DNA from: Callorhinchus milii
Lineage: Eukaryota
NCBI RefSeq assembly: GCF_018977255.1
Contig: NW_024704742.1
Location: 39,124,001 to 39,188,000, forward strand
DNA: 64,000 nt
Reading direction: 5' to 3'
Part shown: positions 1-10,623 of the stretch, in pieces
How positions within the stretch are numbered: the stretch's first letter is position 1
How the letters are laid out: the number at the start of each line of letters is the position of its first letter
The notes under the pieces: generated by a model
The model's database searches: none
Seen by the model: the letters and a program-made list of their open reading frames with translations, nothing else
Told to the model about the DNA's origin: nothing
Made by a program: the position numbers and the translations under genes

Positions 1-49
1 CCTTGATGTCCTCCACCAAATCATCAGAGACGGAATCTAGATTTGTTCA

Positions 50-124
50 GGTAAATGTCGCCCAAACAAGGTAGCACTTACCAAAAAACACATAGAAAAT
101 GCTACTGTTTAGGTCACATGTGCC
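50..124 (-). ncRNA. mir430: Representative pre-miR-430-like hairpin; predicted 3p UAAGUGCUACCUUGUUUGGGCG (59-80)
   Basis: Arms paired by hand; seed AAGUGCU; apical UGUG. Exact mature ends are inferred. Confidence 0.88.
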
Positions 125-192
125 ACTAATCTACGGCAGTTCCCTGAAACCAGACATGGCCTCCTGCAACAAGCTGACTGAAGGTTCGGTCA

Positions 193-268
193 GGTAAACA
201 TTGCCCAAACCAGTAGCACTTAGCAGAAAAATACACAGGAAAATGCTACTGTTTGGGTGATATGTGCC
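193..268 (-). ncRNA. mir430: Representative hairpin; predicted 3p UAAGUGCUACUGGUUUGGGCAA (201-222); usually the first hairpin after a promoter module
   Basis: 5' arm CACCCAAACAGTAGCATTT pairs with AAGTGCTACTGGTTTGGGC. Confidence 0.85.
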
Positions 269-376
269 TTTACTTTCCAACTCCTGGATGGAATCCAATG
301 TGTTCCCCTTCAACAAACCAGCACAGGAGAAAAGGCGTTTCAGTCAGGCAAATGTCATCCAAACTAGATAGCAATC

Positions 377-677
377 CTGCAGAGATGAGGAGGAATGAAG
401 AGCTGACTTACTTCACCATCTTCTCGTCTTCGTCTCAGTTTCACAATGTGATTTCTCCAAATGCCCAGACTTCATCTTTTATATTTCTTCAGCTGAATAT
501 CTCTTCATCCTTTTCAATTCATTTTGGATAGGGTGATGTTGTTGCCCTTGGTTGACTTCAATATAGTTGACCAGTTATAAGTTATGATGTCTTTTGTTTG
601 GGTGATAATGACTCCCTTTGTTACCTGGGGTTCAGGTGACCTTTCTAATATGTTCACTTTCGAGTAAGAACTAAATA
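377..677 (-). promoter_or_regulatory. Repeated putative Pol II promoter module, copy 1
   Basis: Minus strand: TATAAAAG 483-476, Inr-like TCACATT 451-445, donor GTAAGT 411-406, Sox-like AACAAAG 622-616, AGGTCA-cc-TGAACC 642-629. Function is inferred from motif order and orientation toward the hairpins. Confidence 0.7.
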
Positions 678-894
678 TGCCTTTGTGTCTCCAATCTACA
701 ACAGTTCCGTGGGCTCCTCCAACAAAGGATGACTTTGGGAAGGAAGGGTCAGGTAAATGTCGCCCAAACAAGGTAGCACTTATTAAAAAACACATAGAAA
801 ATGCTGCTATTCAGGTGACATTTGCCTTTAATCTACGGCAGATGGCCGGAACCAGACATGGCCATCTACAAGAAACTAAATGAAGATTCGATCG

Positions 895-970
895 GGTAGA
901 CGTTGCCCAAACAATTAGCACTTAGCAGAAACATGCACATGAAAATGCTACTGTTCGGGTGATATGTGCC
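895..970 (-). ncRNA. mir430: Representative hairpin; predicted 3p UAAGUGCUAAUUGUUUGGGCAA (903-924)
   Basis: Same fold; seed intact. Confidence 0.82.
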
Positions 971-1176
971 TTTAGTGTTCAAAACCTTGATGTCCTCCAT
1001 CAAATCATCAGAGACGGAATCCAGATTTGGTCAGGTAAATGTTGCCCAAACAAGGTAGCACTTACCAAAAACGACATAGAAAATGCTGCTGTTTAGGTGA
1101 CATGTCCCTTCAATCTACAGCAATTCCAAATCACCAGTCGTGGCCTCCTACAACAAACTGAACGGAGGTTCCTTCA

Positions 1177-1251
1177 GGTAAACATCGCCAAAACAAGTAG
1201 CACTTACCAGAAAATTACTCAGCAAAATGCTACTGTTTGGGTGATATGTCC
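1177..1251 (-). ncRNA. mir430: Representative hairpin; predicted 3p UAAGUGCUACUUGUUUUGGCGA (1185-1206)
   Basis: Same fold; seed intact. Confidence 0.85.
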
Positions 1252-1330
1252 ATTTACTGCACAATACCTTGATGGCATAAGTCGAGGTATTCTCCCCCAA
1301 TCTTTCACAGTAGGAAAGAAGTTTCGGTCA

Positions 1331-1408
1331 GGTAAATGTCGCCAAAACAAGGTAGCACTTACCAAAAAACACATAATAGAAAATGCTCCTGTTCAGGTGA
1401 CATTTGCC
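1331..1408 (-). ncRNA. mir430: Representative hairpin; predicted 3p UAAGUGCUACCUUGUUUUGGCG (1340-1361)
   Basis: Same fold; seed intact. Confidence 0.82.
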
Positions 1409-2237
1409 TTTAATCTACAGCAGTTCGCCGGAAGCAGACATGGCCTCCTGCAACAAATTAACTGAAGGTTTGGTCAGGAAAACGTTGCCCAAACAAGGTA
1501 GCACTTACCAAAAACGACATAGAAAATGCTGCTGTTTAGGTGACATGTCCCTTCAATCTACAGCAATTCCAAATCACCAGTCGTGGCCTCCTACAACAAA
1601 CTGAATGGAGGTTCCTTCAGGTAAACATCGCCAAAACAAGTAGCACTTACCAGAAAATTACTCAGCAAAATGCTACTGTTTGGGTGATATGTCCATTTAC
1701 TGCACAATACCTTGATGGCATAAGTCGAGGTATCCTCCCCCAATCTTTCACAGTAGGAAAGAAGTTTCGGTCAGGTAAAAGTCGCCAAAACAGGGTAGCA
1801 CTTACTAAAAAACACATAGAAAATGCTCCTGCTGAGGTGACATGTGCTTTAGTGTTCAAAACCTTGATGTCCTCCACCAAATCATCAGAGACGGAATCTA
1901 GATTTGTTCAGGTAAATGTCGCCCAAACAAGGAAGCACTTACCAAAAAACACATAGAAAATGGTACTGTTTATGTCACATGTGCCACTAATCTACGGCAG
2001 TTCCCTGAAACCAGACATGGCCTCCTGCAACAAGCTGAATGAAGGTTCGGTCAGGTAAACATTGCCCAAACCAGTAGCACTTAGCAGAAAAATACACAGG
2101 AAAATGTTACTGTTTGGGGGATATGTGCCTTTACTTTCCAACTCCTGGATGGAATCCAATGTGTTCCCCTTCAACAAACCAGCACAGGAGAAAAGGCGTT
2201 TCAGTCAGGCAAATGTCATCCAAACTAGATAGCAATC

Positions 2238-2538
2238 CTGCAGAGATGAGGAGGAATGAAGAGCTGACTTACTTCACCATCTTCTCGTCTTCGTCTCAGT
2301 TTCACAATGTGATTTCTCCAAATGCCCAGACTTCATCTTTTATATTTCTTCAGCTGAATATCTCTTCATCCTTTTCAATTCATTTTGGATAGGGTGATGT
2401 TGTTGCCCTTGGTTGACTTCAATATAGTTGACCAGTTATAAGTTATGATGTCTTTTGTTTGGGTGATAATGACTCCCTTTGTTACCTGGGGTTCAGGTGA
2501 CCTTTCTAATATGTTCACTTTCGAGTAAGAACTAAATA
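2238..2538 (-). promoter_or_regulatory. Promoter module copy 2
   Basis: Near-identical to copy 1; TATA 2337-2344. Confidence 0.7.
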
Positions 2539-3896
2539 TGCCTTTGTGTCTCCAATCTACAACAGTTCCGTGGGCTCCTCCAACAAAGGATGACTTTGGG
2601 AAGGAAGGGTCAGGTAAATGTCGCCCAAACAAGGTAGCACTTATTAAAAAACACATAGAAAATGCTGCTATTCAGGTGACATTTGCCTTTAATCTACGGC
2701 AGATGGCCGGAACCAGACATGGCCATCTACAAGAAACTAAATGAAGTTTCGATCGGGTAGACGTTGCCCAAACAATTAGCACTTAGCAGAAACATTCACT
2801 TAAAATTGCTACTGTTCTGTTGATATGTGCCTTTAGTGTTCAAAACCTTGATGTTCTCCATCAAATCATCAGAGACGGAATCTAGATTTGTTCAGGTAAA
2901 TGTTGCCCCAACAAGGTAGCACTTACCAAAAAAGACATAGAAAATGCTACTGTTGAGGTGACATGTGCGTTGAATCGACGGCAGTTCCCCGGAACCAGAC
3001 ATGGCCTCCTACAAGAACACTGAATGCAGGTTCGGTCAGGAAAAGGTTGCCCAAACAGTTAGCACTTACCAGAAAACAAACATAAAATGCTGCTGTTTAG
3101 GTGACATGTCCCTTCAATCCACAGCAATTCCAAATCACCAGTCGTGGCCTCCTACAACAACCTGAATGAAGGTTCGTTTAGGTAAACATCGCCAAAACAA
3201 GTAGCACTTACCAGAAAATTACTCAGCAAAATGCTACTGTTTGGGTGATATGTCCATTTACTGCACAATACCTTGATGGCATAAGTCGATAGTATTCTCC
3301 CCCAATCTTTCACAGTAGGAAAGAAGTTTCGGTCAGGTAAATGTCGCCAAAACAGGGTAGCACTTAATAGAAAACACATAGAAAATGCTCCTGCTGAGGT
3401 GACATGTGCTTTAGTGTTCAAAACCTTGATGTGCTCCACCAAATCATCAGAGACGGAAACTAGATTTGTTCAGGTAAATGTCGCCCAAACAAGGTAGCAC
3501 TTACCAAAAAACACATAGAAAATGCTACTGTTTAGGTCACATGTGCCACTAATCTACGGCAGTTTCCTGAAACCAGACATGGCCTCCTGCAACAAGCTGA
3601 ATGAAGGTTCGGTCAGGTAAACATTGCCCAAACCAGTAGCACTTAGCAGAAAAATACACAGGAAAATGCTACTGTTTGGGTGATGTGTGCCTTCAGTGTT
3701 CAAAACCTTGATGTCCTCCATCAAATCATCAGAGACGGAATCTAGATTTGTTCAGGTAAATGTCGCCCAAACAAGGTAGCACTTACCAAAAACACATAGA
3801 AAATGCTCCTGTTCAGGTGACATTTGCCTTTAATCTGCAGCAGTTCGCCGGAAGCAGACATGGCCTCCTGCAACAAATTAACTGAAGGTTTGGTCA

Positions 3897-3969
3897 GGAA
3901 AACGTTGCCCAAACAGTTAGCACTTACCAGAAAACAAACAGAAAATGCTGCTGTTTAGGTGACATGTCC
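3897..3969 (-). ncRNA. mir430: Representative hairpin; predicted 3p UAAGUGCUAACUGUUUGGGCAA (3905-3926)
   Basis: Same fold; seed intact. Confidence 0.82.
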
Positions 3970-4376
3970 CTTCAATCTACAGCAATTCCAAATCACCAGT
4001 CGTGGCCTCCAACAACAAACTGAACGGAGGTTCCTTCAGGTAAACATCGCCAAAACAAGTAGCACTTACCAGAAAATTACTCAGCAAAATGCTACTGTTT
4101 GGGTGATATGTCCATTTACTGCACAATACCTTGATGGCATAAGTCGAGGTATTCTCCCCCAATCTTTCACAGTAGGAAAGAAGTTTCGGTCAGGTAAGCA
4201 TCGCCAAAACAAGTAGCACTTACCAGAAAATTACTCAGCAAAATGCTACTGTTTGGGTGATATGTGCCTTTACTTTCCAACTCCTGGATGGAATCCAATG
4301 TGTTCCCCTTCAACAAACCAGCACAGGAGAAGAGGCGTTTCAGTCAGGCAAATGTCATCCAAACTAGATAGCAATC

Positions 4377-4677
4377 CTGCAGAGATGAGGAGGAATGAAG
4401 AGCTGACTTACTTCACCATCTTCTCGTCTTCGTCTCAGTTTCACAATGTGATTTCTCCAAATGCCCAGACTTCATCTTTTATATATCTTCAGCTGAATAT
4501 CTCTTCATCCTTTTCAATTCATTTTGGATAGGGTGATGTTGTTGCCCTTGGTTGACTTCAATATAGTTGACCAGTTATAAGTTATGATGTCTTTTGTTTG
4601 GGTGATAATGACTCCCTTTGTTACCTGGGGTTCAGGTGACCTTTCTAATATGTTCACTTTCGAGTAAGAACTAAATA
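4377..4677 (-). promoter_or_regulatory. Promoter module copy 3 (TATATAAAAG allele)
   Basis: TATA 4476-4483. Confidence 0.7.
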
Positions 4678-5474
4678 TGCCTTTGTGTCTCCAATCTACA
4701 ACAGTTCCGTGGGCTCCTCCAACAAAGGATGACTTTGGGAAGGAAGGGTCAGGTAAATGTCGCCCAAACAAGGTAGCACTTATTAAAAAACACATAGAAA
4801 ATGCTGTTATTCAGGTGACATTTGCCTTTAATCTATGGCAGATGGCCGGAACCAGACATGGCCATCTACAAGAAACTAAATGAAGATTCGATCGGGTAGA
4901 CGTTGCCCAAACAATTAGCACTTAGCAGAAACATGCACATGAAAATGCTACTGTTCGGGTGATATGTGCCTTTAGTGTTCAAAACCTTGATGTCCTCCAT
5001 CAAATCATCAGAGACGGAATCCAGATTTGGTCAGATAAATGTTGCCCAAACAAGGTAGTACTTACCAAAAACGACATAGAAAATGCTGCTGTTTAGGTGA
5101 CATGTCCCTTCAATCTACAGCAATTCCAAATCACCAGTCGTGGCCTCCTACAACAAACTGAACGGAGGTTCCTTCAGGTAAACATCGCCAAAACAAGTAG
5201 CACTTACCAGAAAATTACTCAGCAAAATGCTACTGTTTGGGTGATATGTCCATTTACTGCACAATACCTTGATGGCATAAGTCGAGGTATTCTCCCCCAA
5301 TCTTTCACAGTAGGAAAGAAGTTTCGGTCAGGTAAATGTCGCCAAAACAAGGTAGCACTTACCAAAAAAGACATAGAAAATGCTACTGTTGAGGTGACAT
5401 GTTCCTTTAATCTACGGCAGTTCCCCGGAACCTGACATGGCTTCCTACAATCACACTGAAGGAAGGTTCGGTCA

Positions 5475-5550
5475 GGAAAACGTTGCCCAAACAGGTAGCA
5501 CTTATCTGAAAAATACACAGGAAAATGCTACTGTTTGGGTTACATGTGCC
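5475..5550 (-). ncRNA. mir430: Representative hairpin; predicted 3p UAAGUGCUACCUGUUUGGGCAA (5483-5504)
   Basis: Same fold; seed intact. Confidence 0.85.
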
Positions 5551-6251
5551 TCTGCTGTCCTATACCCGGATGGAATCAAATGTGGTCTCCTTCACCTTAC
5601 CGTCACAGTTGGAAAGAAGGTTCGGTCAGGTAAATGTCGCCCAAACAAGGTAGCACTTACCAAAAAACACATAATAGAAAATGCTCCTGTTCAGGTGACA
5701 TTTGCCTTTAATCTACAGCAGTTCGCCGGAAGCAGACATGGCCTCCTGCAACAAATTAACTGAAGGTTTGGTCAGGAAAACGTTGCCCAAACAGTTAGCA
5801 CTTACCAGAAAACAAACAGAAAATGCTGCTGTTTAGGTGACATGTCCCTTCAATCTACAGCAATTCCAAATCACCAGTCGTGGCCTCCTACACAAACTGA
5901 ACGGAGGTTCCTTCAGGTAAACATCGCCAAAACAAGGAGCACTTACCAGAAAATTACTCAGCAAAAGGCTACTGTTTGGGTGATATGTCCATTTACTGCA
6001 CAATACCTTGATGGCATAAGTCGAGGTATTCTCCCCAATCTTTCACAGTAGGAAAGAAGTTTCGGTCAGGTAAGCATCGCCAAAACAAGTAGCACTTACC
6101 AGAAAATTACTCAGCAAAATGCTACTGTTTGGGTGATATGTGCCTTTACTTTCCAACTCCTGGATGGAATCCAATGTGTTCCCTTCAACAAACCAGCACA
6201 GGAGAAGAGGCGTTTCAGTCAGGCAAATGTCATCCAAACTAGATAGCAATC

Positions 6252-6552
6252 CTGCAGAGATGAGGAGGAATGAAGAGCTGACTTACTTCACCATCTTCTC
6301 GTCTTCGTCTCAGTTTCACAATGTGATTTCTCCAAATGCCCAGACTTCATCTTTTATATATCTTCAGCTGAATATCTCTTCATCCTTTTCAATTCATTTT
6401 GGATAGGGTGATGTTGTTGCCCTTGGTTGACTTCAATATAGTTGACCAGTTATAAATTATGATGTCTTTTGTTTGGGTGATAATGACTCCCTTTGTTACC
6501 TGGGGTTCAGGTGACCTTTCTAATATGTTCACTTTCGAGTAAGAACTAAATA
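6252..6552 (-). promoter_or_regulatory. Promoter module copy 4 (TATATAAAAG allele)
   Basis: TATA 6351-6358. Confidence 0.7.
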
Positions 6553-9500
6553 TGCCTTTGTGTCTCCAATCTACAACAGTTCCGTGGGCTCCTCCAACAA
6601 AGGATGACTTTGGGAAGGAAGGGTCAGGTAAATGTCGCCCAAACAAGGTAGCACTTTTTAAAAAACACATAGAAAATGCTGTTATTCAGGTGACATTTGC
6701 CTTTAATCTATGGCAGATGGCCGGAACCAGACATGGCCATCTACAAGAAACTAAATGAAGATTCGATCGGGTAGACGTTGCCCAAACAATTAGCACTTAG
6801 CAGAAACATGCACATGAAAATGCTACTGTTCGGGTGATATGTGCCTTTAGTGTTCAAAGCCTTGATGTCCTCCATCAAATCATCAGAGACGGAATCCAGA
6901 TTTGGTCAGGTAAATGTTGCCCAAACAAGGTAGTACTTACCAAAAACGACATAGAAAATGCTGCTGTTTAGGTGACATATCCCTTCAATCTACAGCAATT
7001 CCAAATCACCAGTCGTGGCCTCCTACAACAAACTGAACGGAGGTTCCTTCAGGTAAACATCGCCAAAACAAGTAGCACTTACCAAAAAATTACTCAGCAA
7101 AAGGCTACTGTTTGGGTGATATGTCCATTTATTGCACAATACCTTGATGGCATAAGTCGAGGTATTCTCCCCCAATCTTTCACAGTAGGAAAGAAGTTTC
7201 GGTCAGGTAAATGTCGCCAAAACAAGGTAGCACTTACCAAAAAAGACATAGAAAATGCTACTGTTGAGGTGACATGTGCCTTTAATCTACGGCAGTTCCC
7301 CGGAACCTGACATGGCTTCCTACAACCACACTGAAGGAAGGTTCGGTCAGGAAAACGTTGCCCAAACAGGTAGCACTTATCTAAAAAATACACAGGAAAA
7401 TGCTACTGTTTGGGTTACATGTGCCTCTGCTGTCCTATACCCGGATGGAATCAAATGTGGTCTCCTTCACCTTACCGTCACAGTTGGAAAGAAGGTTTGG
7501 TCAGGTAAATGTCACCCAAACAAGGTAGCACTTACTAAAAAACACATAATAGAAAATGCTCCTGTTCAGGTAACATTTGCCTTTAATCTACAGCAGTTCG
7601 GCGGAAGCAGACATGGCATCCTACAAGAACACTGAATGCAGGTTCGGTCAGGAAAAGGTTGCCCAAACAGATAGCACTTACCAGAAAACAAACAGAAAAT
7701 GCTGCTGTTTAGGTGACATGTCCCTTCAATCTACAGCAATTCCAAATCACCAGTCGTGGCCTCCTACAACAACTTGAATGAAGGTTTGTTTAGGTAAACA
7801 TCGCCAAAACAAGTAGCACTTACCAGAAAATTACTCACCAAAATGCTACTGTTTGGGTGATATGTCCATTTACTGCACAATACCTTGATGGCATAAGTCG
7901 AGGTATTCTCCCCAATTTTTCACAGTAGGAAAGAAGTTTCGGTCAGGTAAATGTCGCCGAAACAAGGTAGCACTTACTAAAAAACACATAGAAAATGCTC
8001 CTGCTGAGGTGACATGTGCTTCAGTGTTCAAAACCTTGATGTCCTCCACCAAATCATCAGAGACGGAATCTAGATTTGTTCAGGTAAATGTCGTCCAAAC
8101 AAGGTAGCACTTACCAAAAAAGACATAGAAAATGCTACTGTTGAGGTGACATGTGCCTTTAATCTACGGCAGTTCCCCGGAACCTGACATGGCTTCCTAC
8201 AACCACACTGAAGGAAGGTTCGGTCAGGAAAACGTTGCCCAAACAGGTAGCACTTATCTGAAAAATACACAGGAAAATGCTACTGTTTGGTTACATGTGC
8301 CTCTGCTGGCCTATACCCGGATGGAATCAAATGTAGTGTCCTCCACCTTACCGTCACAGTTGGAAAGACGTTTCGGTCAGGTAAATGTCGCCCAAACAAG
8401 GTAGCACTTACCAAAATAGACATAGAAAATGCTACTGTTTCGGTCACATGTGCCAATAATCTACGGCAGTTCCCTGAAACCAGACATGGCCTCCTGCAAC
8501 AAACTGAATGAAGGTTCGGTCAGGTAAACATTGCCCAAACCAGTAGCACTTAGCAGAAAAATACACAGGAAAATGCTACTGTTCGGGTGATATGTGCCTT
8601 CAGTGTTCAAAACCTTGATGTCCTCCATCAAATCATCAGAGACGGAATCTAGATTTGTTCAGGTAAATGTCGCCCAAACAAGGTAGCACTTACCAAAAAA
8701 GACATAGAAAATGCTACTGTTGAGGTGACATGTGCCTTTAATTTACGGCCGTTCACCGGATCCTGACATGGCTTCCTACAACCACGCTGAAGGAAGGTTC
8801 GGTCAGGAGAACGTTGCCCAAACAGGTAGCACTTATCTGAAAAATACACAGGAAAAAGCTCCTGTTTGGGTTACATGTGCCTCTGCTGTCCTACACCCGG
8901 ATGGAATCAAATGTGGTCTCCTCCACCTTACCGTCACAGTTGGAAAGAAGGTTCGGTCAGGTAAATGTCGCCCAAATAGGGTAGCACTTACCAAAAAACA
9001 CATAGAAAATGCTCCTGTTCAGGTGACATTTGCCTTTAATCCACAGCAGTTCGCCGGAAGCAGACATGGCCTCCTGCAACAAATTAACTGAAGGTTTGGT
9101 CAGGAAAACGTTGCCCAAACAGTTAGCACTTACCAGAAAACAAACAGAAAATGCTGCTGTTTAGGTGACATGTCCCTTCAATCTACAGCAATTCCAAATC
9201 ACCAGTCGTGGCCTCCTACAACAAACTGAACGGAGGTTCCTTCAGGTAAACATCGCCAAAACAAGTAGCACTTACCAGAAAATTACTCAGCAAAATGCTA
9301 CTGTTTGGGTGATATGTCCATTTACTGCACAATACCTTGATGGCATAAGTCGAGGTATTCTCCCCCAATCTTTCACAGTAGGAAAGAAGTTTCGGTCAGG
9401 TAAATGTCGCCAAAACAAGGTAGCACTTACCAAAAAAGACATAGAAAATGCTACTGTTGAGGTGACATGTTCCTTTAATCTACGGCAGTTCCCCGGAACC

Positions 9501-10323
9501 TGACATGGCTTCCTACAACCACACTGAAGGAAGGTTCGGTCAGGAAAACGTTGCCCAAACAGGTAGCACTTATCTGAAAAATACACAGGAAAATGCTACT
9601 GTTTGGGTTACATGTGCCTCTGCTGTCCTATACCCGGATGGAATCAAATGTGGTCTCCTTCACCTTACCGTCACAGTTGGAAAGAAGGTTCGGTCAGGTA
9701 AATGTCGCCCAAACAAGGTAGCACTTACCAAAAAACACATAATAGAAAATGCTCCTGTTCAGGTGACATTTGCCTTTAATCTACAGCAGTTCGCCGGAAG
9801 CAGACATGGCCTCCTGCAACAAATTAACTGAAGGTTTGGTCAGGAAAACGTTGCCCAAACAGTTAGCACTTACCAGAAAACAAACAGAAAATGCTGCTGT
9901 TTAGGTGACATGTCCCTTCAATCTACAGCAATTCCAAATCACCAGTCGTGGCCTCCTACAACAAACTGAACGGAGGTTCCTTCAGGTAAACATCGCCAAA
10001 ACAAGGAGCACTTACCAGAAAATTACTCAGCAAAAGGCTACTGTTTGGGTGATATGTCCATTTACTGCACAATACCTTGATGGCATAAGTCGAGGTATTC
10101 TCCCCCAATCTTTCACAGTAGGAAAGAAGTTTCGGTCAGGTAAATGTCGCCAAAACAAGGTAGCACTTACCAGAAAATTACTCAGCAAAATGCTACTGTT
10201 TGGGTGATATGTGCCTTTACTTTCCAACTCCTGGATGGAATCCAATGTGTTCCCCTTCAACAAACCAGCACAGGAGAAGAGGCGTTTCAGTCAGGCAAAT
10301 GTCATCCAAACTAGATAGCAATC

Positions 10324-10623
10324 CTGCAGAGATGAGGAGGAATGAAGAGCTGACTTACTTCACCATCTTCTCGTCTTCGTCTCAGTTTCACAATGTGATT
10401 TCTCCAAATGCCCAGACTTCATCTTTATATATCTTCAGCTGAATATCTCTTCATCCTTTTCAATTCATTTTGGATAGGGTGATGTTGTTGCCCTTGGTTG
10501 ACTTCAATATAGTTGACCAGTTATAAATTATGATGTCTTTTGTTTGGGTGATAATGACTCCCTTTGTTACCTGGGGTTCAGGTGACCTTTCTAATATGTT
10601 CACTTTCGAGTAAGAACTAAATA
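10324..10623 (-). promoter_or_regulatory. Promoter module copy 5 (TATATAAAG, 1-bp shorter)
   Basis: TATA ~10423-10429. Confidence 0.68.

Noticed and set aside
48..54. Zelda/TAGteam motifs CAGGTAA and CAGGTAG in most monomers
   Set aside because: Zelda is arthropod-specific. Here the motif is the hairpin base or arm in vertebrate DNA.
51..112. Plus-strand CAG|GTAAAT...TTTAG 62-nt intron in each monomer (micro-exon gene)
   Set aside because: Many copies lack the AG (TTTGGG, TTCGGG) or the GT (CAGGAAA). There is no pyrimidine tract and the would-be exons contain stops. The motifs are the hairpin's stem.
5885..6190. Scattered 1-bp indels in short runs (also ~7910, ~10423, ~31540, ~58256)
   Set aside because: They are singletons in homopolymers, most likely long-read consensus errors, so I did not interpret them biologically.
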